Notes: a model not told the origin generated them from the sequence alone. Positions 23,597-37,800 are shown, counted from the first letter of the whole stretch. The stretch is DNA of 63,249 nucleotides, filler included, from Hyphochytrium catenoides (GCA_900088475.1; 6 parts of 6 records of this genome joined end to end with filler, not necessarily neighbours in it); one strand, 5' to 3'. A program made the numbers and translations.

Positions 23597-26500
23597 AGAA
23601 GCAGACAAGTTTCAGACGTATCCTTCTCAACAAGTGCCAAGAGGTGTTTGAAGACGAGGACGCCTACCGCGAAGTGGGAGAGCTGGAGGAGAAGCTAAAG
23701 GAGGAAGGACTTACAGATCAACAAAAGGCAGAGCTGAACGTTATGATAGAACAGAAGAGGGGAAAGATCAAGCGGAGAATGCTTGGTGAGCTGACCGTCT
23801 TTCATTCTTCTTGTTCTTTTACGCTTGCTTTAGCTTTATGAAAGCTCTAGCGCATCTCCTCCTCTCAACAGTCTACTGCCTCCCTCATCACTGCATTGAC
23901 TCTTTGGTGAGAGGTACAAATTGATTGCAGTTGGTATCTTCTTCCACAGGACTGCTGCTGCTGCTTGACACTGTTCCTCCCAGATCTTCTCTTGCCGTCT
24001 TATTGTTTCTCCTGGTCTTTTTTCCCGAGGTTCAATTCGCTTGCCACCGCACCTTCTCTCGGATCGGCTACTGTCCTGTCACTGCGTCCTGCGGTGGTCC
24101 ACTCAATCCCTGTTCCGGCTCCTTGTCCGTTCGATACTCTTTTAGGCAATATCCGCTTCATAGGCGAGCTGTATAAGAAGGGGATGCTAACTAAGAACAT
24201 TATGGGGCGGTGCATCTTCAGACTTCTCAATGCCAACGTTGACTCAGAGTCAGGGGAGATAGTGTTTGACAACAGTCCACCCGATGAGGTCAGGCCCAAG
24301 AGGAAAGAGAGAGAGAGAGAGAGAGAGAGAGGAGACACATCTTGGCTTCATGATTTCTTGTTTCTGTTCCCATTTTGTCTGAATCTACCTGTTTTTCTTT
24401 CTTTCTGTCTCTCTCTCTTTCTCTCCTCTCACCCATGCAGCGGAATGAGGACTTCTCTGCTTCCTTTGTCTACTTCTCCTATTCCTCGCATCTCTAGACA
24501 CACAAAGTAGCGTTCGTGTCGAGCCCTCGTTCCATCTCTCTTAGAAGTCTCACGAATTTGACGTCCTGGCTCGTGTCATTCTTCATTTCTCTCGTCTCTC
24601 CCTCTAGGAATCCATTGAGTCGCTCTGCAAACTGCTGACTACGATGGGTAAGAAGTATGACCAGGAGCGACGCGACAGCGTGGACCTGTTCTTTAGTCGC
24701 ATCCAGACACTAGTTAAGGATAAGAGACTGGTAAGGAGTCCCCTGCCTCCCCGCATTTGTGTCCTACCTTCCATGACGAACAGGACTTCGCGCTCCTCCA
24801 TATCCTCAGCTGCTATTCTTCTTCTTGGATCCAGAAGGCTATGTTTCTCTGTTGTTTGTCTCCGACACCTCAATCTGTGCCTTATGTCCACTCTTCGCGA
24901 TGGATTGTGATCGTCTCTACCCTCTTCAGCGGCCCTTAGCAACGTCCTGGAGCGTTGCCTGCCTCTGTCACTAGCTCTCACGCCTCTTCTCTCGCGTGGC
25001 TCCTCCGTAATCCTTCTATTTCCAGGGCTCTCGTATCCGGTTTATGTGCCAGGATATTATTGATCTCAGAGCCAACCGCTGGGAACCAAGGCGAAAGGAA
25101 CTCAAAGCCAAGACTCTGGAGGAGATCCACCAAGATATCAAGAAAGAAGAGATGGAACAGGCAGCCAAGTAAGATCCTAACATCACCACGGAAGCAGCTG
25201 CAGTGTCTAACAGACTCACTCTTCTGTCTTTTCTGCTAGGTCCTTAGCAGCTCAGAAGGGCTCTATGGACAGAGACTACTACCGGCAGCCACGGAAAGAT
25301 CTGCCGCCACCCGCAGCTACCCGACATGTCACCACGATGAGAGATCCTAGAGCTTCAGAGGATACACTAGGCAGACCCACTACGACAGGATCAGGAGGTA
25401 AGTACGACAAGGCAGGATAGAGAGAGACATGAAGTGAAGAGAGAGAGAGAAACTGGAAGGATGAGGACACTCCGTCTAGCCCTGGCAGCTCAAGGGGAAC
25501 AAGTATAAACCATCGTGATGTTTCACAATAGAATTTGGAGGATGCTCAGTAGGGCTGTCGATTCCATGTCATCCCCTGCTTTCTCTCCCTTTCTAACGAT
25601 ATTTCTCCTCTCTTTCTCTATTCATAGGCCGCATGCCTTATAATGACTTCGGCAGGGGCAGCATGAGCTCATCTAGACCGTCAGGCGATGTCAGGAAGGA
25701 TAGGGACTGTACGTCGCCTGCACCCACCTTCTCAACATTTCTCTAATCTTCCCAGTGTATGAGAGCCTTCGACTCTTTTCGGCTTACTTGGAGAAGTTTG
25801 CTCCTTAAACCTGACACCCGCTATACATCTTTAACCTCCATGGAACTCTTCCCTGTCGCACATCTCTCTTTGGGCCTTTATGTTTTGTCTCTCTTACCCT
25901 GCTTTGCCTTCAGCTTCTATGAGACTGGGCCCAGCGCGTGGAGGTCTAGGGCTTGGTCGCGGTGCTGGACTAGGTAAGCAGCCTCTTCTTCCTGATGGTC
26001 ACCGCTTTTGAGTGTTGGACATCTCCTCCTCATTCTGCAGCAGGCGTTTTGTCTCGCCTCGAAGACAAACACTGTCATGCTTTCAATCAATATTAGCTCG
26101 TTGACTTCTCTGTCTTGCTCTCTCTCTCTCTCTCTTCTTTTTAGTTTGCTTGCTATTCTAACATTTCCTCTTTGTCATTATTCTCTGCTTAACCAGGTCG
26201 GCCAGATGGCAGGCCGGGAATGGGTGGCTCTAGAGACTCCTCTCCCGGTGAGGAGCGGGTTAAGCACCATCGTAGATACCCTGTTATTTTCTGGGATTAA
26301 ATTTTCACGCTCGTCTCCCTTATTGACAGTTCGTCCTCTGATTGCATGATATCTGCTCCTGTGCATTGCGCACCTGTGCTCTCCCCAAGCATAACGTTTC
26401 TCGCTTTTCCATCCGACAGCTCCTTCTAGAGGCGGCGGACTTGGTGCCGGCTTCCGTCCTGGTGGAATTCTTACGAAGAGAGAGAGCAAAACGGCGCCCG

Positions 26501-28967
26501 CAGCAGCTCCTCCAGCAGCAGCCAAACCAGCACCGCCAGCAGAGAAGACTATGCCCCAGGACCAGGTGCGTCTAGTTCCTTGTGGGTACCATAGGTGTCT
26601 CCTTTGCCTTTACGCACCTCGATGTTTGCTTCCAGCGCTTCTCTCTGACATTGGCTCCATTTGTATCTCTGGTATCAGGTGGACAACGCCCTTAAGGGTA
26701 TGCTCCGAGAGTACATTGGCGTAGGGCTGCCTGAGGAAGTTGAGGCAAATCTAAAGGAGCTCCCTGCCTCTAAGAGGCCAGAGATTGTGGATCATCTTTA
26801 TCAGATCGTCGTAGATGGTGAGCCAGCTTACCGCCTACCGAACCTATATGTTCTTTTACTCTTGCAACCGCATCATGATGGGTAGCTAGCCTTAGTTTGA
26901 CTTCCATTTGCGGTCCTTGATGCCTAAACGTCCCTCACAGGCAAGGATAAAGATCGCGAGATGCTGAACGGTCTGATCCCTCAGCTGCTGCAACGGAAAG
27001 TATTGACAGCCAAGAATGTGCGAGACAGACTGGCGGACCCTATAGCAAACCTCAGTGATACTGCGGTGGATGCACCGAAGGTGAGACTCTAGCCGTCCAC
27101 CCTTGCCTTGTTAGAGGGTTTCGATCTTTCTTACTCTTTGACTCTTTATCCTACTCTGTCCTCTTACAAGCTGGGGCCCCTTCAGTTCTCTAGCCCTATA
27201 CCTGCCATCAATTCCCGTCTCTCTTCTCTTCATTCTGGCCCCTCTGTCCGTCCTGAGTTAATAGGGCCAACCTCTCTCCACATCTGTAGGTGCTAGACTA
27301 CATGGCAGCACTGCTTGCTCCTCTCTTCACTTCGTCGGCGGTATCTCTCGAGTGGTTCTTAGAGGGTTGTCCGCCTGCCGATCGGGAAGCTTTCGATTTT
27401 ATGGCGGAGGACGGAGGTATTCAGGACCTGCTGGCCAAGACATTCAAGATCATCGCCAAGGATGAGAAGGCTGCAGGTGAATCACGAGTTGATCCTCCCT
27501 CTTCTTGCCCGCTTTTCCTTCTTTCTTCCCTCGCTCTTCGAGGCGTTGAAGCCCTTTCTTCCGCGTGCTTGTTTACCACTCAATCTTGTAAGTCAGATCA
27601 CCTCGCTGAAAGCAGCTCGCTGATGAAGCAATGCCCCCTGTTCCTCTTCCACTAGGTAAATTGCTGGCCACCCTGGAAAGCGCAAACCTGGAGCCCATCC
27701 TGCGTAAACCCCTGGAGGACAACGCGAAAGTGTCTTTCGTTGAGGACATTTTCCCTGAAACTGCGGCCGTTCGGTGGGTAACACGGCTCTCTCTCTCTCT
27801 CTCTCTCTCTTCCTCTCTCTCTCTCTTCCTCTCTCTCTCTCTTCCTCTCTCTCTCTCTTCCTCTCTCTTTTCCGTCCCTTAGCCGACGCACTCTCTCCCT
27901 ACCCTCTACCTCTTCGTGCTTTTGGTCTTTCTATCCTCTATCAGATGTTCTTGCATTATCGGAACTTGTGTTGACCTCCTGTTTCTGCCCCAGTCTGGTA
28001 AGCTTTACAGCCACTCATGGTTTCTACTCTATCGCTGTTGTCGTTCTGCCATGTGCCCTGGCATCTCATCTACACTTTTTGCCTGCGATAGACGGCTAGA
28101 AGATGTCATGGCTCAGGACGGTCCCGTCGATGAGGCCCTCAATATTATAACAGAGCTGCCATCATCTCTGCTAGAGAGTCCATACTTTGCAAACCAGGTT
28201 AATGGCTCACTTTCCTTTCTTTCTGTAGACTCTGTCTTGCTCTTCTCTGTTGCTTTCTTCTTACCTGTTAAGAATTTTGGCTCTTGTCCTCGTACGAGGA
28301 GTCATCTTCCTTTCATAGACTGCCTTTTTTATGGATTTATCTTGTCTTACCAGCCACTGACCTTTCATCTCTTGCTCTCAGGTGTGTCGCATCGTCTACC
28401 AGTCTCCTCACGCCTCCGACGGGAAAGTTCCAGATGATTTCTTGCGCCTTTTAAAGCGTGTCGCCACATCTCCTGAAAGTCAAGTCGCTTGCCTGGATGC
28501 AGTCATGGAGATAGCGAGCCAGCAAGGCTTTGCTTCTGGTACCGCGCATTCTATTCTCTCTTCTATAGTGGAGTCTCTCAATCTACGCCGCCCTCTTCTC
28601 CTCGTTAAAGGCTTTTTGCCTGTGTATTCTCCTGTCTTCAAATATGATAAGTGATAGCTGTTTGTCTGCACGGCTGTTAGAAGTGCTCACGCGTTTGGCT
28701 TATTTGCTTTGACGATCTAGTTATTCTTTATCTTTGTTGGTGTTACCTCTTCTTCCTCTGACCTTCTCTGTTTTCCAAGATGATATCAAGCATTCGTTCC
28801 AGCAGCTGTACCGCGGCGATGTCGTTGAGGACTCTGCCTTTGTCAAGTGGAAGGAGGAGGAAGACTCCTCTGGCATCAAGCTGAAGGCAATCACTAAAGT
28901 CTCAGAGTTCCTCCACTGGGTAGAAAATGCGGAAGAAGACTCAGGAGAGGAAGGCACTTCAGCTTAA
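23597..28967 (+). CDS. eIF4G: Translation initiation factor eIF4G (MIF4G-MA3-W2), many exons, 5'-partial
   Basis: MIF4G: [19 protein letters not shown]|[50 protein letters not shown]3: LREY..., DTAVDAPK. W2: [27 protein letters not shown]. Confidence 0.92.
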
Positions 28968-29838
28968 GAGTATGAACTCGGAGGTTGAGAGTATGGCACC
29001 TTCCAACTTCCCGCTTATTTAGTTAGGACCAAGCTAGGCATTAAAAGAGCTGCGAAGGGAGCTTCTAATATTGAAAAGTTAGGATTGACCTCTGCAGACT
29101 CACTCTCCCTCCCCGTCCGCGTTGCTCATGCCTTATGCTGCTTGGTTATCGCCCTCTGCAAAGCAATCGGCAGCAGAACATTCTGCCTGCTTTGACGCGG
29201 CCTGACCCCTACCCGGCAGCTTGCTCCCACCTGCTCTCAGTCAGTCCGGAGCTCCAACTGAGCCCCCTCTGGCTTCTTGTCTGGTCCTCTCAAAGAGCGC
29301 CATCATTCTCTGGCATCTGCTGATAGAGTTTTCATTCAGAGCTTTGCCGATGAAGCTGCACAGCGCACTGAGACGGAGCTTGGGCTGTGAAGAAGCGTTA
29401 GCGGCTACTTGCGCTGCTTCTTGGGTTAAGGGTTTATATTGAGTCTACATGTAAAGTATAGGAAACTCTATCTGGGTTCCAGTTATCCGGGTAACCTTGG
29501 TTTTCTGTATTCCCCCTGGTGTTCTGGCGCCGACTTCGCTGCTTTGTGTTTTTGGTTCTGCGCTTTTTCCCTTCATCACTAAAAAGCTTCACAGTGAGCA
29601 ACGGAGATTCATTGCCATTGGCTCTCTATCATTGCTTGTGGAAGGATTGCCTCAGAACCGCAGATCTGCCTGCTATAGGGCTTTCTATCTATTGAGTTGA
29701 GCTTAGCTCCCAACGACTGGCCTAGCTGCCTTGAGCAATATTGTCCGTCATTCTCGGCTAATCGAGGCTGCTTGGCAGACCCGAAGGTTCAGATCGGTGT
29801 ATAGGGTGTCGCAAGTATTTCAGTTATAAGGGTCAGTC

Positions 29839-32800
29839 ATGGCGTCTGCTGGTGAGCGGCTTTCGGCTGCCGACTTCAAAAAGAAGAAAGCGGAGAATGA
29901 AGCTCGACAAGCTGGGACTCTGCCCCCTGAGCAAGATGAGGAGGGTAACATGATCAACCCTCACAACCCCGAGTATATCACCAAGCGACCCTGGTATCTG
30001 GGTGACTCAGGGCCATCACTTAAGCATCAAGGCATACAAAAAGAGAAGGCAAGAATGGATTCCTTACCATACTATTATGCTAACCCTTGTCTTTCAACTT
30101 TCTTAGCTCTTGCTCTTGCTTGTCTCTTGCTTTACTTCAGTGGCTCTTCCACCGCTTGGTCGGCTTCTATCCATGATAGTTCACCTGAATGTCACACGCT
30201 TTGAAGCTCTTTCATTTGCTATTGCGCTGTACACAAATTGCAACGTCAGAAGCCATGTCTACACTTTCCGTCTCCTGTCCCTGTTTCCGTGGGCTTACCT
30301 TATGACCTCGTCTTTGTCTTTAGGTCTTCCTCTCGCTTGCGGAGGCGGACGTGCTACACAGAAAGGGACGCCTCAAGCAAGCAGCGACAAAGTTCCGTAA
30401 AGGTGCCTGCAAGAACTGCGGCGCAATGACACACAAAGATACAGAATGCGTAGAGAGACCAAGAAGCAGAGGTAAGACGCCTTCTTGGCTTCTAGAGGTG
30501 TCTTCTGTTGTTGTTCTCCGGGCCACCTCTCTGTCTCTCTTCCTCTCTCTGTCTCTCATTCTCCTGCATTTGCGGTTCTCTCTCTCTGCCCTTGTCTTCC
30601 TGCACTGTCTCTCTTCGTTTCCCCCTTCTCTCTCATTCCCTAGGGCCCGTCTACCGCGCCATAGTTTATGTTCTCTACAAGTCCAACTCGTGTCTCGTCA
30701 GTACGCTGGCTACCTTATTCGTGCTAACATTATTCATAGGCGCTTGGAAAACCAGCCGGGACATCAAAGCTGATGAGATCGTTGAGGATGTGCGGTCAGG
30801 AAAGCTTGGAAACTTGGCGTTCGATGCAAAGAGAGACCAGTGGCTGGGAGTTAACCCTGATGATCATATGAAGACAGTCATGAAGAGATATGAACAGATC
30901 GAGCATGTACGTTGATTGATCTGTCCATTGAGTATCTTCTTTTTGGTGCAAAGGTCCATCTTCCTTTAGTTTTCCTCACTCCCTTCGTGCTTTGCGCGGA
31001 CCTTTCCTAACAGTTCTTACCATCAGGAGAGAAGGCGACAAAAACTGGACCAGCTGCAGAAGAAGCTGCAGGAAAGCGAGGAGAAGAAGAAGAAGAAAAA
31101 GAAAGCGAAGCAAGACGAGGGAGAAGGGGAGGATGGTACAGACAGTCCGACGGGGACAGGAAGCGATAGTGACAGTGACTATGACAGTGACGAAGGGGGA
31201 CTGAGCGAGGATGAAGAGTTTATTGATAAGGAAGGAGGAAAGGTCATCACTACTACTGCTCAAAGGCAAGGTGGACTAGGAGGAGCCCAGATGAAAGTCA
31301 CAGTTAGAAATCTGAGGATTAGAGAAGGTGAGAGGTAGTGAAGCAATAACTCTATCACCCCAGCTTTTTGTTGGCTATGGCCGCCGCTTTACTGACGTAA
31401 AGACTCTGCTGTTTGGGTTGCCTCACACATATCTGAAGAAGAGTGATAGTCTTTCGCGCTCTCTCTTTCTCCCTACCTATCTGACCTCGTCTGAAGCACC
31501 TTTCCTACGGATCGATTTCTTGGCCTTTAATTGGCTTTCGCTTATCACTCACTCCGCCTTCTCATTACGCTCTTTGTGCTTATTCTCTCAATAATTTTCC
31601 ATCGCAGACACCGCCAAGTATCTCCGAAACCTTAATCCCAACTCTGCGTACTACGACCCCAAATCGCGCTCGATGAGAGACAACCCGACTCCTCACGTCA
31701 ACCCAGAAGACTTAGTCTTTGCTGGTGATAACTTTGTGAGACAGAGTGGAGACGCGGTAAAGCTGGCCAAGACCCAAGTCTTTGCATGGGAAGCCCATGA
31801 GAAGGGGCAAGAAGTTCATCCGCTGGCAACGCCCTCCCAGACAGAGCTTATGCAGAAACAGGTAAATTCTAATGCGATAGGCTCCTGGCACTTTAAAAAG
31901 ATTTCCTGTCCTCGGTCGCCTCACTTACTCGAGCGTCTCTCTCTCTTACCCACACTTCTGTACACTTCCGTGGACCTGTCATCCCTGCGCCTGAATCTGA
32001 TGCGTTTTGCCGTCTCTTGCAATTTCTAAAGTTTCAGAAGCGCCTACTCCATCACTGGATGGCGTTTCTGTACCCATCGTACCTTATCTTCCATCCCTAT
32101 AGTTGAGGAGGGAGCTTCGCTTTGTTTGGTTTTGCCGCATACTCTAGGCCTAGCTCTTTTGCTTGCTTCTCACATTGAGACCTACCTGATTCTCCTTAAG
32201 AGCACTGAACTCACAAACGTCCTCTGCCAATCTTCCGGGGCCTCTCTCATTGTCAACCTGTCTAGTTTGAGGAGAGAAAGCAGAAGCTAAAGGAGAGTCA
32301 GCGTCAAGCCATTCTCAATAAATATGGTGGAGAGAAACATTTGGATGCGCCCCCGCCAGAGCTTCTCCTTGCACAGACAGAGGAATACTTGGAGTACGGG
32401 AGAGATGGAAGGTTGCTCAAGAACAAAGAGAAGGGTGTCGCCAAGAGCAAGTATGAAGAGGATGTTTTCCTAAATAACCACACCTCGGTCTGGGGCAGCT
32501 GGTTCGATAGAAAGAACATGTGCTGGGGTTATGCCTGCTGTCATTCTTCGGTAAGCATACTTTCCCTCGTCTCTCTTTCTCATCGTCCTCTCGCCTTCAG
32601 TCCTTTACTTCCGCCTGAACTCTATCTGTATGTTGCTGTTACTGCCTAGTGCAAGGCATGCCTTACCTTGCTGCAGCCGCTTATCGTGTTGAGCGTGCTT
32701 AGTTCTTTTGGCTCCCTTTCCGTCTTTGCAAACTCTCAGGTCAAGAACAGCTACTGCACCGGAGAAGCTGGCAAGGCAGCGAATGAAGCTGCCGAGATCG

Positions 32801-33123
32801 ACGCGTTGCAGAGAGCAATGCTTCCTCCCCGAACCGCCTCGAACATGGATTCAGATAAGAGAGTCAGCCGCTCAGATCTGTATGGAGAAGCCTCCAACCC
32901 TGTGTTAGACCAAGAAAAGCTCAAGGAAGCGTTGAAACGAGAAGAAGAGTTTCAGAAGAAAGCTAAGAAAGAGAAGGAGCTGGATGATAGGAAGAGGAGG
33001 TACAACTCTATGGCCAGTACGGATGTAACCGCTGAGGATATGGAGGCCTACAGACTGAAAAAGCAGCGCGGGGATGACCCGATGGCCAAGTTCTTGGACA
33101 ATCCAGATGAGGAGGATATGTAA
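29839..33123 (+). CDS. SLU7: Pre-mRNA splicing factor Slu7, 7 exons
   Basis: Motifs [16 protein letters not shown], zinc knuckle [35 protein letters not shown]|[42 protein letters not shown]. Confidence 0.96.
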
Positions 33124-34870
33124 AAGACTGCTTAAGTCTTCTCAAGAACAAACATGAGTGCTCCCTCGGCCTGTCTTTCTTCTATCGTTCTCCTTTGTCA
33201 CATCTGTTCTCTTAGTCCCTTACCTTCTTTTTCTCCATCTTCCCTTGTTTCTCTTTTCGGTAAGGAAAGTGGTCTTTTCCTTGCATAATGCTTGATTTTG
33301 AATGCTGCTGCCTTTCGATTAAGGTGTGTGAATGCTATGGACTTCATAATAAGAATGTGGTTCGCGCTCTAGCTCTCCACCGGCCCTACTAGAGAGAATC
33401 TTTTCCGTAAGCCAAACTATCTGCTGGCCAGACGACCAGGAAGGCTGCTCTTCGCTATCCATCACTTGAAGGGACGTCTTAGACTCTGCATTCTTGAATG
33501 ATATAGTGAAAGAATGAGTGACCATTCTCACGACAAGGGGACACTGTTTGACTGCTATTACGGCAGCGTTAAATTGTAACGTAGGCTTCGCCTTCTGCGA
33601 CTACCAGTTTCAAGCCTGGCCTCCACAACGCTCCCCTAGCATGAAGCGCAAGGAACGTCGCCTTTACCTTAGTCCGTCTCTGCTCCCTATACTCATCAAA
33701 AGATCTTGAGCCACAGCCTAGAACCCTTCACCTATCAACCGAAACCATCCGCTGGTGGTACGAGTACTTAGTTCCTGTCTATATTCTTCACTTTCTTGTC
33801 CACTAGCGTCCCAGCCTCTAGATGATAGACGTGACAAACGGGACCTCAGCCTCTAGTTCTTTAGCCAATAACAGGGGCTGGGTTCCAGGTGACTGACACT
33901 CTAAATACCGGTCTGGTACTGCCGAAGCTGCTCTCATCAGTACTTTCCCGATACCTGGAACTCTACCTTCAGGCCCCTGCTGCCGTTCAACCAAGCGACT
34001 CGGCCTGCCAGTGCTTGGCTGGTCCGCTGAAAGAAGTAGTTCTGATGTTATCAAGGGAAGGAGTCTGACATGAGATCATCCGTTTCATCACTTGGCGCCA
34101 AGTAGTCAGTGAAAGGTCATGAAAGGCAATGATGGATCAGAGTCCTGATAATCACTCTTCCGATCTGCTAATCAGTAACTGATAAAGGATTTTTGAAGGG
34201 TTACTGCTGAAACAAAGAAAGAGGAGAGAGAACAGAGGGGGGGGGAGGAGAGAGAGATACAGAGAGGACGAGAGAAAGAGAGAGAAGAGAGAGAGACAGA
34301 GGAGGAAGTGGGGAACAGAAGAAGAGTTACAAAAATGTTAGGCGAAAGGAAGGAAGAAGGTACACTGTTGATTGCTCGTCGTGACGCTTCGTCTTCTCCT
34401 AGTACAGCTCCCGGTGTACGTTGAGTCTGTCGCCCTCCCTCCCACGCTGCGCCAAGCTGGGCTCTGGCATCTGGCATCTGGCGGCTTCAAGCTCGCTCTG
34501 TGCGCTTCAGCTTGGTTTTGCTGCGTCAACAGCGCTTCTTCGCTTGTTCCTCCTCTCTGTCGGCAACGCTTAGCCAAGGTACGCTCTGTTCTTCTCTTTG
34601 TGCTGCTCCAGTCGATCCTCGTCTTCCTCCTGCTTTTTTCTCCGAGATTGCAGAGAGAGGAGAGGAGAGAAGAGAGAGAGGGATGAGAGAGATGGAAAGA
34701 GAGTTAGGAAGACAAAGTGGCGATGAGAGGAGAAAGAAATTGGGACAGAGCTGTATTGTTGAGCGGAAAAGACGGAAGAGACAGGGCAAGATGTCGCTCT
34801 CCTCGTAAAATAATAAAGGTTGGGGGAGAGAGGAAGAGAGAGAGAAAGGGAAGGAGAGAGAGAGAGAGAA

Positions 34871-37800
34871 ATGGAAGAGGCAGAAGGGTTGAGCGAGGAA
34901 GAGCTAGCCAGGCGAGCCACACAGATCGCTGTGTGCGTCTTCCAGGCGGAAGAAGAGCAAGGAGAGACGTTGAAGGCCAATGAAGGCCCAGAGAAGGAAG
35001 AAGCAAGGGACAAGGGAGAAGGAGAGACAAGGCCAGCCACTCAAATTGATCGCTCTCTTCCGCCTGTGCAAGAAAGAGAGAGCGAAGTGGCAGAAGAGAG
35101 AGAGACAGCTAGAGAGAAAGCCGAGTCCACGGAAGAAGAACTGGCAAGACGAGCAACGCAAATCGCGGTCTGTGTACTTCAGACTGACGGAGAGAGAGAA
35201 GAAGAGCAGATAGCGACCGTGGAAGAACAGAGAGAGACAGAACAAGAGGAGGAGACTGATGCCGGGGTTTTGGGTAGACAGGGAGAGGAGGAGACGAATA
35301 AAGAAACAGCGAATGTGTTCAATGAAGAAATCGAAGAAGAGAGAGGCCTTGAAGAGGAAAGAGAGGAAGAAAGGCCAGCGCCAAGAGAAGGTGGAGAGAT
35401 AGAGGAAGAGGACTTTACTCTTTTCATGCAAGGGGCGGAGGAGATGGAGAGAGAAGAGACACGTAAACGGGAAGACACGGCCGAAAGTCAGAAGAAGAGA
35501 GAGGAGGATGTGGACACCTCTCTCGCTCTCTTCCCTCCCGAAGAAGAAGAGGAGCATGTGGGGGACCTTACCTCTCGAAGACAGAGCGGGAGAGAGGAAG
35601 ATGATATTAAGGAAGAGAGAGACTGGCAGGAAGAGACAGAGTACACTCCTCCCGGTAGCCCAACCATAGAGGTAACCTCCGAAGGCTCTTCTCTTCCCCT
35701 CCGGCCGGTATCGGAAGGATTCTTCTTCGCAGAGGAAACAGGCAGGCCCAAAGATGGGAAAGAAAAAGAGAGAGGTAGAGAGACGCAGGAAGAGCAGAGA
35801 CAAGAACAAGGAGAGAAAGCAGAGCAGGGAGTAGAAGACGAGAAAGGCATAGGACAAGGGGAGAGACACACCAGCGGAGAAATTGAAGAGCAGATTAGGG
35901 CCTCCTCTGCCAAGCTAGAGAGTGAGCTCCTGGCAGATGACAAATATGATGAGATGCTGAGAGGGCAAGGAGAGAGAAGAGAAGGAGAGGTTCCTTCTCT
36001 CTCTTCGTCATCTCCTTCTCAAGACTATGACAAACTGCAAGAGGCGATCAGGAGATCAATCACAAATGTTATAGCCGCAGGTAGGTTGAGCCAAGTAAAC
36101 AAGGACGACAAGAGAGAGACAAAGATAGCAAGGGAGAGAAAGAGATGAAAGGGAAAGAGAGAAGCTGCTGGTTACGGTTTTCCTTCTCTCTCACTCCTGT
36201 CTACCGCGCTATTTCTGCTCTTTCCTTCCTCTACCTCATCCTGTATATAAGAGTGTGTTGGCTCCTTCACATCTCTCTCTTCTTTCCCTCTCACACGTGC
36301 TCTCTACCTCTTCCAACACATGCAGCTCACTTTTTTCTCTGCTTTAGCGTTCAACCTAATGAGTCCTCCCTTTTCTCCCCCAATGTCTCTCTCGCGGACG
36401 TCTATGTCTCTCTTCCCTTCTCTCTCTCTCTCTCTCTTCCCCCGCTATTGATCTAGACCCTCCTACTGGGAAGGATCAGGACGATCTTCAGCAGGTGCTG
36501 ATGGTGTACAAGCTTTCAACAGAAGCTGAACCTAAAGCAGAGAAGCATGAGAAAGGAGGCAGTGATTCGTCCTCAAAGTTGAAGAGAGGGAGAGATAAAG
36601 GGTAATATTTCTTGCTTTTTTCCATCTTTGGCTAGGGCTACATTTTCTACGTCACTCTGACATCCTACTCCAGTTATCCCGCCCGCCCCCACCCCCCCTT
36701 CTTCTCTCTCTTTCTCTCTCTCTCTCACTCTCTCTCTCTGTCTCTCTTTCTCTTCCCTCTCTCTCTCTTAGTTTCCTGTCTCCCTCTCTCTTCTCTTTGT
36801 TCTCTCTTCTTCCTGTACCAGCTCCCCTTTCTGCCTTACTTCACCTTGTTTTCCTGCTCCCCTTGCTGTCTCTTTGTTCTCTCCTGGGCCTGTTGCTTGT
36901 CTGCATTTATCAATCAGCTCCGATTCTGCGTGTCCGTCAGCTAACTCCCATTCTGTCTATCTATCTGTCTCTCTCTCTCTCTCTCATGAATAGGGATTTA
37001 GCACTAGTTTCCGCTGGAGGACCGGAGGACAATAGGAGAGGGAGGAAAGCCGAGAATGTGGAAGTAAGGGGTAAAAGACAGGGTGAAAGTCCAGCAAAGG
37101 CGATCAGCCAGAAGAGACCAACAGATAAGAGAGAGCCGTCTTCTCTTTCCTCCGTAACCGCTCCGCCCCAAAGTAAGCTTAGCAACCCGCGGTCTCCCAC
37201 TGCTAAAAAGGCAGCGACGTCAGACAAGGACCTCATAGGGAAGAGATCTGGACTCTCTCCTTCCCCAGTCTCTCCCTCTCGACTTCAAACCTCTTCACCT
37301 CCAGAGAGAGGGAAAGCACCCCGAACGAAGGCTCCTCAGACAAGAGAGAAAACATCACCTCCTTCTCCCGGAACATCAAATGCCATAGAAAAGAGCCCTT
37401 TAGCGCAAAGAGAAGAGAATCGCTCTGGCGTTCTCTCTCTCTCAGAAGAGCCCTCCATAGGGCAAGAAGCTACACCCCCAGAGCAACAAGCGAAGAATTC
37501 CTCAGCATCTTCTCTCTCTATCGCTCTCGTTGCCTCTCCCTCTGGAAGTTCCAACACCGAGAAGATTGCAGAAGAGAAGATCTCTCCCTCTTCTTCTCCT
37601 TCTCCTTCTAGCAGTAAGCGAACCACTGTCAACACAGAGTCTAAAAAGACAGAGGAGAAGCCTTCCCCATCAGCGTCTCCTTCCCCTTCCCTCGCTTCTA
37701 CCACTCACTCGAAAGAAAGGAGCCACAAGGAAATTAGGTCTACTCTCGGTCTATCGACTGCCTCCAGGGAAGCGCCTGCTGCTAAGCAAAACTCTATAGG

